This document shows, in pieces, positions 51,420 to 64,000 of a stretch of DNA of 64,000 bases (the stretch's first letter is position 1; each line of letters begins with the position of its first letter). The notes beneath the pieces were generated by a model. It saw nothing but the letters and a program-made list of their open reading frames with translations, was not told where the DNA came from and did no database searches. The stretch is taken from assembly GCF_006345805.1 (NCBI RefSeq), contig NC_043006.1, forward strand, positions 102,610,001 to 102,674,000. The letters are read 5' to 3'. The translations under genes and the position numbers were made by a program. This DNA comes from Octopus sinensis (lineage: Eukaryota).

Positions 51420-52010
51420 GTGGTAAACATACTGACACGCTCAAACATTAACATGCTAACATACTGACGCACCGATAGATCTCCATGCTGGCATACTGAC
51501 ACAGTCTCGCGCGGACACATTCAAAACTCTCTCACGATTACAAAAGTCTGCGTGCTGACATCCTCATACTGACAAATCCAAACACTGACACATAGCTTCA
51601 CTTACAGACTCACATACTGACTGACTCACACTTTGACACACTGACACTCACATGCTGACAGAGCAGACCTACATTATTACACCCCACTGACACCCACTGA
51701 TTCACTCACACACTGTCTTACTGACACACTGACTCACGGACACACTGATACATTGAAACACTGACTCAGGGACACACTGACTCAGGGACACACTGACTCA
51801 GTCACACTGACTCAGGGACACTATGACTCACTGACACACTGTCTCATTGACACACTGACTCAGTGACACACTGGCACATTGAAACACTGACTCAGGGACA
51901 TACTGACTCACTGTCACACTGACTCAAGGACACTGTGACTCACTGACACACTGACTCACTGATTCGCTGGCTCAATGATACACTGATACACTCGCGCGCT
52001 GATATACACG
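51420..52010. repeat. Degenerate minisatellite of ACTGACAC / ACTGACTC / AGGGACAC units
   Basis: 8-16-bp variant units, most regular at 51720-51960. Confidence 0.85.
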
Positions 52011-52762
52011 CTGACCCATCCTCACGCTCTCTCACTTCTCAGGCTGACAGTCCCCTTCCTTCAGACATATATGATGCATTTTTCAGTTGACAAGCCCCTT
52101 TTGACAGTTACATTACTACCCTTCAAACGCTGACAAATTTCCAGCTGTCAATAAATATATTGCTACTTTTAATCAGATTCAACAACCACAAGCTGAAAAG
52201 ACGATATTATCGATTGAATTTACCATCCAATATACCACTGGTACTTATATCGACCACATTGGGATAGAAGAATAAATCAGCAACTGTTTTGACCGAGTTA
52301 GCACAATCAAGCATTTCATTCCGGTTTCTGGTGGTGTGAATTTACGTGGCAGGTGACATCACAAGAATTTGAACTCATGGAGTAACAGAAAGAAATTATT
52401 TTAGTTGCACGGTGTACTTAGTGTGGGCTTTGGGTTTTACTATTTCCCTGGACTCAATCTTCCATTACAAACACATATATATGCATATATAGACATATAC
52501 ATGCATATATATGTCTCAGTATATATGCATATATGTATGTCTGTATGTATATATACGAAGGGATCTTGAAATGTTCCTGGTTTTGGCTAAAAGAAAATAC
52601 AGGAAGATCAGTTAATTATGATTTTATTCAACATATTCCTCTCCCAGATTTACACATTTATTGCAGTGGTCCTTCAGTTTTTCTAAGCCCCGAAAAATGA
52701 AGGTTGGATCTTTCGCGAAACCTTTAAAGCCAGGAACTTCTCAACACCACCTCGTGTGAATG

Positions 52763-52823
<61 letters not shown>

Positions 52824-52844
52824 ATAAACACACTATAACAGATC

Positions 52845-52894
<50 letters not shown>

Positions 52895-54208
52895 CATCTA
52901 TCTGCCTGCCTACCTGTCTGTCTGCCTGTCTGCATGTATTTCTGCTTGCCTGTCTGCCTGTCTGTCGGTCTGTATGTCTATGAGCATAACCATATAAACA
53001 TAAGCACCTTCACCAATTTGCGTCATGTCCATAGAAGCAGGCTGTTGGCATGGTGAATCCATCGATCGTAATTATTCAAATAATAGAAAGATTCCGCATG
53101 GAGCGATTCTACACGACCACAATTATTACGATGCATTTAGCTGCCAGGAATCCTTTCGCCTGAATGCAATATTGATGGAATGTTTATATCTGAATAATAA
53201 ATCATTTCCGAAGACAAGCAGTTCTTGTGTCGGCTGCAGAGTTACCTCTCCCCGCTTATTTCCTCTCACAGTTTTACATCCTTACATCGACGAATCACTC
53301 CTTTCATTCTTTTGATGAATACTTTCAGAGATGTTACTGAGATTTTAGTCATATATTTTTGTAAATCTCTCCAGAGAAGCTGTGACAGTAATATATCACA
53401 TGATTAACTCGTGGCTGTCGAAATGTATTTGACTGAGACAATGAGTAATCGGTAAGTAACCGAGAGATTGGTGGTTCGTGGTTCGTTTTATCTTACCGAG
53501 GAAAGTTGCATCTGTGGCACAAATACTGAATTCTAATATGACCTGTTTCACCTATCTGTAAAATGTACCGAAAGTTAGACACGATTTTGTCGTATAGTAA
53601 AATTCCTAGCCCTTAAAATCTGATGACTGTTTTGTCAGATGACTGTACTCACCTGTGTTACACCTGTAACATGAAGAAAATGAAGTTTTTGTAATTTGAC
53701 CTCAGTCCAACACCTTCAACTTCTGAACTCTGCAAATCTGCACGATTCGCCTTGGTTGCAGGGACCGATTCTGATCGAAGCAGCTAGAGAGCCTCTTCGA
53801 AATAACAGCCAAATCTTCCTCAAATTACACGTTACTATCTTCATCAATGAACGCATTAGATAATTTTAGTCCCAATGGCATTTGATCGTAAATGCACTGG
53901 TAACCCGGGAGTAAAGGACCGTATTAAAATAACATTATCATCACCAACATTAACAGCAGCGTGAGTAGCAGCAACAATGATAATAACTTCTGACAGTCTG
54001 CTGAATGTGATGGGTGATGGGGGGTAAGTAGTTAGCTTCATCATGGAACATATTCTCTATAAATTTGGTATTTCATTAGACTACGAAGAATTTCGAAACG
54101 AACCACATTTATGACGTGACCTATTCCTTCTTCACCACCGTCCATGACTGTCATACATACTACATACATACACATACACGTGTGTGTCCGTCGTATATAT
54201 ATATATAT

Positions 54209-56025
54209 ATGTACTGTGTCCTTTAAATAATATATTATTTAAAGGACACAGTACATGTGTTTAAGCGCTACTAATAGTTTCAAATGTTGAGAAATACTCA
54301 AACGTATTCTTCGGGCGCAAACTGCATATCATAACAAACTAAAAAGAAATTGAATAATAGAAGAAGCGCGAACCCCCCTTCCCCCCCGAGAATGTAGCAT
54401 ATAGAAAAACACGGAAAATGGAAAACGGAAAACGAAAACACAAAACAAAATGTAAAAGATAAGAAATAAAAAGTAAAAAGGTAAAAAAGCAATCTTCCCT
54501 AATCCTTAAAAGATAAGGCTGCAAAGATATCAAGTTAGTCCGGATTAAGCGGAATTTTCCAATTCTTCAAAATATATTTATACATATGCTTGAAACCGAT
54601 GAAAATTTCTGACCTACACTTCAGTAGAGAGTTAGGGATCTTAGATTTCGAACTGGATCTGCGCTCTTTCAGCTAAACAAAGCCTACATTTATTCGATCC
54701 ATTCACATAAAGTATAGATTTCTCAATTACTTTCCATTTAATCACATGTGGTGTTTCGTTATTTTTCAAAGTCCACATGTAGCTAGCCAATTCAGTAACT
54801 TTACTTTTGTTTCTATGTTGGAAGGAGGCTATCTTACTGGCAAAGTGCTTTTTAAATTCACCATCACATAATCAAATAAGGTCTTCTTATCAGTTGTATT
54901 ATTACTTAGGGTTGCAGTAACTTCTGCCTCGTATATGATAGATTTAATCATGCATCGTTGGCCAATTGGACAGGATCCTGGGTCGCGACAATTGCAAATG
55001 GATGTGTAATGATACTCTTCATATTGGGGGCAACAGCTATATGATAATTTCACAGAACACCTATCAAATATCTGTGAGTTGCTGGAAAGTGTTTGTTTAG
55101 GGAAGACAGGAATCTTTTACTTATGCCAGTTTTTATATTAAGGGAAAAGGGAGAGGCGAGCCAAATAATTTTCCTTGACCTATTAGGTTTCTTCTTCTTC
55201 TTATTCTGATTAATACTAGAAGGGTTATGTGTTGCTTTATCTTCGATGCCGCTAGATCTGTTATTAATATTTTGATTATTATTAGAGGAATTATATACTA
55301 ATTTATCTTTGAAGCGAAGCCACTATTGGCTAGGTAATTGTTATAATAGGGTGCATCATTCTCAAAAAATTTCTTTAGAAGAGGAGAGGTTAGTCACTCT
55401 GTTACTAACATTAGCTATTAGGCTTTTGAATATTACAGGAGGGTGATAAAACTGTTTATGTCTATATGCGAGTTTCTCATTAGGCTAATGGAAAGATAAC
55501 GAAATACCACATGTGATTAAATGAAAACTAATTGAGAAACCCATACCTTATGTGAATGGATCGAATAAATGTAGGCTTTGTTTAGCTGAAAAAACGAAGA
55601 TACAGTTCAAATCTAAGATCCCTAACTCTCTACTGAAGTGTAGATCAGAAATTTTCAGTGTTTGTAAGCATATGTATAAATACATCTTCAAGAATTGGAA
55701 AATTCCGCCTATCCCTGACTAACTTGATATCTTTCCAGCCTTTTCTTTTAAGGTCTAAGGAGGATAGCTCTTTGACCTTTGACCTTTTAACTTTTAATTT
55801 TTTATTTTTTACATTTTAGTTATTGTGTTTTCGTTTTCCGTTTTTTTTTTATTTTCTGCGTTTTCTATGAGCAGCCTTCTCAGTTTTTTCGCGTTTCTTC
55901 TATTATTCAATTTTTTTTAGTTCGTTATGATATGTGGTTTGCGCCTGAAGAATATGTTTGAGTATTTGTCAGCATATAAAACTATTAGTAGCGCTTAAAT
56001 ACATGTATTGTGACCTTTAAATAAA
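54209..56025 (-). mobile_element. Penelope-like element (thumb-linker-GIY-YIG) with inverted pLTR
   Basis: Minus: PPVIFKSLIANVSNRV..APYYNNYLANSGF, KLSYSCCP, CNCRDPGSCPIGQRCMIKSIIYEAEV, TELASYMWTLKNN; 54233-54767 mirrored at 55491-56025 (PYVNGSNKCRLCLAEK); 48-bp palindrome at 54209-54256. Confidence 0.85.
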
Positions 56026-57099
56026 TATTTATCTCTCACCAGATGGAGTCCTTTTTGTTGAATTTTCAATCACGGAACAGCTCGTTATATAAATATATAT
56101 ATACATATATTTATTTTTTATTTTTTATTTTAATTTTATCTAGTTTCAGCTCACGAGCTGTGGCCATGCGGGGGCACCACCATTCGAAATATACGTATAT
56201 AAATTTAAAATGAGGGTGAGAAATTAGATATTAATTTAATTAACATCGATTTCACACCAGTGGTCTAGCATATAAAAAAAACTGATATATATATATTATC
56301 CAAGAGCTCATTGTCCAAGAATACGTGTTTGAAAGGATTAATCGAAAGCGCTCACACACACTAGGAAGAAAACCGCTTCCAAAAAGGTTGGTGACTTTCT
56401 GATAAAAGATCATGTAACTTTTTTATTTAAAAACTATATTAAATAATTTTTGCAAAGACTTTCAAATATATATATATACATACGCACACACACACACCCA
56501 TATACACAAAGGACACAAATGGGGTTTAAAATTTACGACAGCTGTTTTCGATAGAATTTTTTTGAGGTATTCATAGGTTACATCATAGCATAAAATCCCC
56601 CTCTTCAGGTTAAACTTTAAGCAGATATAAAAAGGTGACGAATCCAACCAACATATTGTCTACGATATTTATCCACTTCATTCAGAAAGCGAAACTGGGA
56701 AGGTGGTAGTTCGAACTTAGTTCAGATTTTTTCAAAATTCATCCTTTCCAGTAAGACGATGCTCTAGCTTCCATGGTATTTGATCCTGTTACTCACTACC
56801 CACCGTTTAGAAATAGCTGTGGATAGAAGTTCATAGTGTTAAGCGGATTCTTGACCTGGTTAACTCCATTCCCCGCAAAATGTACAAAGATAGATTTGTT
56901 TATTCTGCTGTCTGCTACGCTGCTCATGCGCACTGGATTCTTAACCTTTTATCGCCCGCTCCGCCGCTTACATCTGGCCAACATCTCCCATCATATTGAA
57001 AAAAAGAAAAAAAGAAAAAAAGAAAAAGAACAAGAATCTCAACGAAAAGACGAATACGTATTAATGAGAGAAAGCACTTTGTCGAAAAGAGAGAAGGAA

Positions 57100-57101
57100 T
57101 G

Positions 57102-57146
<45 letters not shown>

Positions 57147-57445
57147 CATGAGATAGAGACAGTAATAAATAGAGAGTAACAGATTGATAGATAGAGAGAT
57201 AGAGGGCTAAAGAGAGGAAGAGAGAGAGACTAGAGAGAGGCTAGAGTGAGAGAGAGAGAGAAAGAAAGAGAGAGAGAGCATGAGATAGAGACAGTAATAA
57301 ATAGAGAGTAACAGATTGATAGATAGAGAGATAGAGGGCTAAAGAGAGGAAGAGAGAGAGACTAGAGAGAGGCTAGAGTGAGAGAGAGAGAGAGAGAGAG
57401 AAAGAGAAAGAGAGAGAGAAGGTGAGAGAGATAAAGAGAGAGAGA
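57100..57445. repeat. GA-rich tract with a 132-bp tandem duplication
   Basis: GCATGAGATAGAGACAGTAATAAATAG.. at 57146 and again at 57278. Confidence 0.9.
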
Positions 57446-59149
57446 AAGATCTATTACAATCGCTTTTTAAAACTGACAGTGTTTCTCTGTAAATCTGACC
57501 TCCTCTGAGTATATCCGCATGAATACATTTCAGAATGTACGTCTATGTATCGGTATGTCCCTGTGAATATGTCTACATGTACGACACATGAGCGCGAACT
57601 CACGAGTGTTTCAGTTTAAACCAAATTTTTGCCTGAGCAGTAGTGCGCGTGGCTGTTTGGGTGAGTGTGTGTGTTTGTATGTATGTGAGAATGTGTGTGA
57701 GTATCTGTTTGTGGGAGTGCGAAGAATTTGTGTGCGAGAAATTGTGCCTGTGTGTGTGTGAGGGTCTCCGTTTGTTTATGTGTCTGGTTGTGTCTGATTT
57801 TGTATGGCGGATTTCTCGCGAGTGACTGTGTGTATGAGTGTATGTGTAAGTGCGTGTGTATGAGACCAGGCGTAAATATATGCTTATGTATGCGTTTGTA
57901 GAAGTATTTGTATATTTAGGAGTGTTAGTGTGTATGTAAGAGTGTTTGTATGTATGTAGGAGTGTTTGTGTGTGTGTTTTCTGTGAATCATGATGCGTAA
58001 GTCAATGTGTGTGAGAGAAGAATTGTTTATGAGAAATTGATGAGTGACTAGGTCGAGAGAAACGTCGATAGAAATAAAAACAAACAAAAAACAGCAAAAA
58101 CAAGGCAGAAATATAACAAAAGAGTAAATAAGGTTACAGTCTACAGAATCCATTATACCTGAGCAATGACTTGCAAACAATAGAAGGCTTTAGGTCTTTA
58201 TTTTTGTCTCTGTTTCTAAATTCTGGAATAACCATTTTCTTGGCGCACTTTGCATCGAGCGTGAACTGGACTGTTAAATTACCAATTAATATCACAGCTG
58301 TAGAATCTTCGAGTTTCTAGAATCCTGTCATCATTCCCATTTCACCAAACTACAAAATATTTGGATTGATCTTACGAATTGTTCTAGAACCCCCCCCCCA
58401 AGCAAAGGCCTAAATGAAACAAGAAAAATATAGCCCCAGATATTTATTAAGCTATTCATTACCCATATCTGGAGACACTTTTATATCAGATCATTTGAAC
58501 CAATATACAATGGAACTGTCAATTCATACGTAACAATTTCTCTTGGTGAATAGTTTCTAGAATATCGTAAAGTAATCAACAAACTTTCTAATCGGTTCAT
58601 ATATAACATGAAAACTGCCAGAATCTAACCGCGCACAACTACTCACCTTAGATGGAAACCTTCCAGCGGAAAAACCAGCAACACGGAACAGATTAATACA
58701 ATTAACACATAAACACCTCTACCAGCCTCACCAACGGTCTAAGTTTGGTTGTACACACACCAAACATTGTCAGTAAGAGATAGATTAATGAGCACAGGAT
58801 ATACAGGAACACAAGCAGTGTATACATTACACGAGGGAGACACGCTTGCATTACAAATAAAATCCTTTTACAACCCGAACGAACTGCACTTAGCCGTCCT
58901 TACACTAGCTAGCTAACTACAAATCCTTTCCAGATATCTCTTCATTACCGGGATTGGAAATGAACAGTACATTGTATTACCAATGAACAAGAATGTAATT
59001 AGAGATGGTTGAAAGTGCAATACAATTTCAGTGTATTATATTCGTAATATATTAGTAATTTCCATTAAAAAATGAGCATAGGAGTACTACTCTACGCAAA
59101 TATCTAAAAGAGACACATGCACAGAATGGGATTGTATAAGAAAACATAG

Positions 59150-59450
59150 GCGATAAATGACTGCGCAAAAAGCATTTTGCCTGGCATGCTAAAGATTCTG
59201 CCGTCTCGCAGCCTTCAAACTAATATACACTGATTTCAAATTTTGATACAAGGCCAGCACTTTTAGGGGAGGGGATAAATCGATTATGTCGAGCCCAGCG
59301 TTCAACTGGCACACTTATTTCATCGATTCCAGAAGAACGAAAAGTAAAGTGAATCTCGGCAGATTTTGAATTCAGAAGGTAAAGACAGACAAAATGCTGC
59401 TAAGAATTTTTCTCGGTGTGCTAACGATTCTGCCAGTTCACTGCCTTCAA
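59150..59450 (-). mobile_element. Meta-type SINE, diverged
   Basis: Reverse complement of head (..AACGATTCTGCCAGTTCACTGCCT) and body. Confidence 0.65.
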
Positions 59451-59571
59451 ACTAGTAAATATCAAAGGATGATGATATCAAGTAACACGGAATACGTTGT
59501 TAGACTAACAATGTCATTTTCATTATCGTGAAGAATTTCAAGGGTAAATGAGGCAGATATTAAACGCACGC

Positions 59572-59599
59572 ACACACATGCACACACACACACACACAC

Positions 59600-59658
<59 letters not shown>

Positions 59659-59762
59659 AACACACACACAAACACACGCGCGCACACACCACAACACACA
59701 CACACACGCGCGCACACACACACACGCACACACACACACACACACGCACACACACACACACA
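59572..59762. repeat. (CA)n/(CG) microsatellite
   Basis: Direct reading. Confidence 0.95.
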
Positions 59763-60642
59763 GACTGCGTGACTGCTCCGTACCTCTCAAGGTGAAACAT
59801 TTATTCTTTTCTCAGGCGAAGAACTTCTCCAACAAACCGTATTCCTCGTCGCACGGCGGCATACGAACAAATCTCGAAACAGGAAATTCACTGTAAAATG
59901 CGTCCTAACACAAATCACCTTCAGGCAATGCATGTTAGTGATATTCTAGAGCTGAACATTGCAGATGTTATAAGGGAATGACCGCAGTGAAATGTAGCAA
60001 GCAAGAACCAGATCAAAGTCACTAATTCGGATTGCCGGGCGTTCAATATCATTCAGCAGTAATCATGCTAACTGCCGAGAAAAATTTAGATAACTATGGC
60101 TAGATTTTATGGAGCTCAAAATGTTGTATCTGATTCTGATCCAGCTAATATTTTATGTTTGCAGAGGTCATGAGAGCGATATTTGTATTATGTGGGGTTA
60201 CGTGATCAACTTTACGGCTAACATTCAAAATTAAAGTTGACTTTTAAAATTTAATTTGAGTATGTTTATATATTTTTATGTTTATCAAATTTCAATGAAT
60301 GTAGCACAACTTTCAATCATTTTTACCACCTGCGACATTTTGTACCAAGCTGAATATATTTTCACACGACCACACACACACACAAATACACACACTTGTA
60401 CACGCACACACATGTACGCACATACATACGTAGGCGCATATATTTACATACAGAAGAGGTATAAAATATACACGATTCACACATAGACTCACACGTACAG
60501 ACTCACATACACATACACACAGATATCATTTAATATACACAGTATAGCTCTAATCTTTATACAGTGTACAGTAAATGATATTTATCTCTCACTGGATGGA
60601 GTACTTTTTTTGTTGATCTTACCTTATCGGAGCGGTAAGCCA

Positions 60643-61628
60643 TACATACATACATACATACATACATACATACATACATACATACATACATACATGCATG
60701 CATACATACATACATACATACATGCATGCATACATACAAACATACATGCATGCATACATACATACATACATACATACACACATACGTACATACATACATA
60801 CATACATACATACATACAGGCACCTACAAAAATACATACATACATACATACATACATACATACACACACATGCACATGCATTCACACATACATAAATGCA
60901 CGCACATATATAATATCTCGCTAATAAAGCGAAAGCAATTTTTCGAGTAAAGCCATTTAACAAAGAGCTCAGTAAAACAAAATATTTTCTTCTGTGGAGG
61001 ACGAATATAATGAAACATAAAGATGCATGGATCGATTGGACGCAAGGAAAATAAAAGCATGCCGTATATATTAAGGTAAATATAGTCTTATATTAAACAT
61101 ACTTATATTCAATATATCTTATCCGGACACCAGCTCATGTTTCTAGCAACAGTGGCCATGATATATATGTTGTGGTTCTTTGTTTGTCGGTTTGCAGAAA
61201 GAAGTTCTTAATGGAAAATTCCTTCTTATACAAACGCTAGAAGTATTGGGAGGAGCCTCCAATAACGAGGTTTCTTCTGCTGTTTATTCGCTTGCAAGAA
61301 AGTTTCAGAAATATACTCTTGTAAACAAAGTCAACTAAAAATAATTCAGATTCAATTTATAAAAATGAGATTTACAGTAACAATAGAAACAAATATCTCA
61401 TACATACATACATACATACATACATACATACATACATACATGCATGCATACATACATACATACATACATACATACATACATACATACATGCATACATACA
61501 TACATGCATGCATGCATACATACATACGTAAGTACGTACGTGCGTATATAGATATATACTACCATTCATATAAGCATACTTAATTTCATATATGTATGTA
61601 GGCACGTATGAATGTATGTGCGAATGTA

Positions 61629-61662
<34 letters not shown>

Positions 61663-61699
61663 CATATATATATATACTATATATATATATATACATACG

Positions 61700-61738
<39 letters not shown>

Positions 61739-61914
61739 TATGTATTATACAATACTATATATATATATATCAGTATACATATGCATATATATATATATAT
61801 TTATACACACACTTATGATATATACACCCATACAGAGATTATCAATGTATAATTTATATACATACAATATATATATATATATGTGTATGTATATATACAT
61901 ACATAAATATATAT

Positions 61915-61965
<51 letters not shown>

Positions 61966-62549
61966 TACATACAACGTAAACACACAAACTCACACCCACA
62001 CGTATGTATGTTTATAGTATACGCGCATAGACAAACGTTTCTTATCCACACGTTTCTCTCAATACACGCATTATGGGCATGTGCATAGAATCTCACACAC
62101 AGACGTGTTAGAAAGCGGGTACATTCTATAAAAATTTAAAAGTAAAAGCAGAATTACTTGAAATCAAATGTCATTGGGTGTTAATTTTTCTTTAATTTTT
62201 CTTTCTGGTTATGTGAAGTCTTTCTTTTATATTTAACCTCTTTTATATTCCAATTCACTTTGCCCGCAATTACTCTTGAAACATTTATTCATTTCATAAA
62301 TATTATTTTATACCGTCTGCTCATATATAACTCTTCTTACTGTTTATATATGTGTGTGCGTGTGTGTGTGTTGTGTGTGTGTGTGTTGTGTGTGTGTGTG
62401 CGTGTGTGAGGTGAGTGAAAATATAAAATAAAAAAGATATCACCGTATAGGTTTTGATCGATAATGTTTTACTTCTCTTTTCATTTAATTGAATTTCGTC
62501 AGCAGCTGCTAACTTTATAGCATTAAAAAGCATATATTATATATATATA

Positions 62550-62589
<40 letters not shown>

Positions 62590-63064
62590 TATAACTATAC
62601 ATATATATCATATATATATATATATATAAAAATATATATACACATATATATACATATATATATATATACATATATACATATATATATATACTATATATAT
62701 ACATATATGTATATATATATATATATATATTATATATCATATATATATACATAATATATAGTACATACACACAACATACATACTGCATGCATACATACAC
62801 ACACACACACACACACAACACACCACAATATATATATATAATGTAGTTCTTTACATTACTAGTTATTTATCTTCTTTCATTCAAAATCTTATTCAAAGTT
62901 TTAGTCGTATTAGTATTGATAGTAGTAGTATTCGTAGTAGCAGTAGTGATAATAATGATAATAATAATGATGATGATGATGTCGATAATAATAATAGTAA
63001 TGATGATGATGATGATGATGATAATGGTGAGAATGATGATGATGATGATAATAACAACAACCAC

Positions 63065-63106
<42 letters not shown>

Positions 63107-63803
63107 GATTTCTGGCCAATTTCCTTTTATCTCTAATATCTAAAATAAATAAAAATACGAAAATAAACATACAAGCTATTTTGTAAATATATTCTCAAGA
63201 AACATATCTGATATCTATTATATATATTTTTTAATGGAAATATTAAGATTTAAAAGATTATGCTTTTGTTACTTGGCATTTTCTTTTTACAAAATCCGTG
63301 TATTGCTAGACTGTTACTTCATGTAAAGACGTTAGTCGCTGTTTATTACAATGGCTGCCGTCCAGTCCTATCGCTATGGTTTCTGTATAGTTTAAGCCAG
63401 GAAGGAAGTTTTGCCGTTATAAATGTTGGTATATTTGACTCATAAGTGCAAATACGCTACAAAACTTGCATCTTGTTTTCTATATGTCTTTCTACTCATT
63501 CCCCACTCCTCTTTATAGCTTGTTAGCTATTTCTTTTTCGATATAGCTTCCCAACAACATTCCTCGTCCACTCTTTCCTTTCATATTTTTCTAGTAAAAC
63601 TTTTCTTATAATATTATAACATTATATATGTATATTTCTATTTATCTCTCCGCCTATCGTTAACACAAACACATAACTCTGTATGTATGTATGTGTGTAT
63701 GTGTCAGTATGTATGTATGTACGTATGTACGTAAGTAAGTACGTATGTACGTACATATGTCTGTATGTATGAATGAATGTGCGTATGTATATGCATGTAA
63801 GTA

Positions 63804-63869
<66 letters not shown>

Positions 63870-63925
63870 CCCCCCCTCTCTCTCTCTCTCGCTCTCTCTA
63901 TCTATCTATCTATCTATCTATCTAA
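60643..63925. repeat. Microsatellite-dense terminal region: (TACA)n, (TA)n, (TGA)n/(TAA)n, (TATC)n with short unique spacers
   Basis: Direct reading. Confidence 0.85.
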
Positions 63926-64000
63926 CATGTTTACAAGAAGAGCGGTAACGCTGACTTCGAAGTATTGAGTAATTCTCCAATTTAATATCAAATTGTTATT

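Noticed and set aside
51420-52010. CRISPR-like repeat/spacer appearance
   Set aside because: Short variant units with no constant repeat plus unique spacers, no cas genes, eukaryotic context.
53025-53315. 96-aa ORF in non-repetitive sequence
   Set aside because: No recognisable motif or supported splice structure.

Overview
AT-rich eukaryotic (animal) DNA made almost entirely of transposons and simple repeats; I can support no host protein-coding gene and no CRISPR array. The tRNA-derived SINE families, the (TA)n/(TACA)n/(TATC)n/(TAA)n microsatellite load and the rRNA-derived pieces are most consistent with an octopus (cephalopod) intergenic or intronic region, which is an inference and not a database result. 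Retroelements: a full-length but decayed Tx1/L1-type LINE (~14.9-20.6 kb), a second 5'-truncated Tx1-type LINE, an RTE LINE with a 5' inversion and a clean TSD, a Dong/R4-type 3' fragment in (TAA)n, several Penelope-like (GIY-YIG) remnants, many hammerhead-like repeats and many SINEs. DNA transposons: two mariner/Tc1 deletion derivatives, a Chapaev3-like element, a hAT/Charlie fragment and MITE-like elements. RNA-derived pieces: an orphan 5S rRNA copy and an 18S rRNA fragment inside a SINE. Most interesting: (1) the 3' tail of the abundant Meta-domain SINE matches the 3' ends of both Tx1-type LINEs in this window and is usually followed by GGT, suggesting a Tx1-driven, partly site-selective SINE that concatenates into itself; (2) a twin-primed RTE insertion; (3) a cluster of large fold-back palindromes built from Penelope/hammerhead-type repeat ends; (4) an 18S-in-SINE chimera. 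Family names come from motif recognition by eye, and boundaries are approximate unless TSDs or TIRs are quoted.
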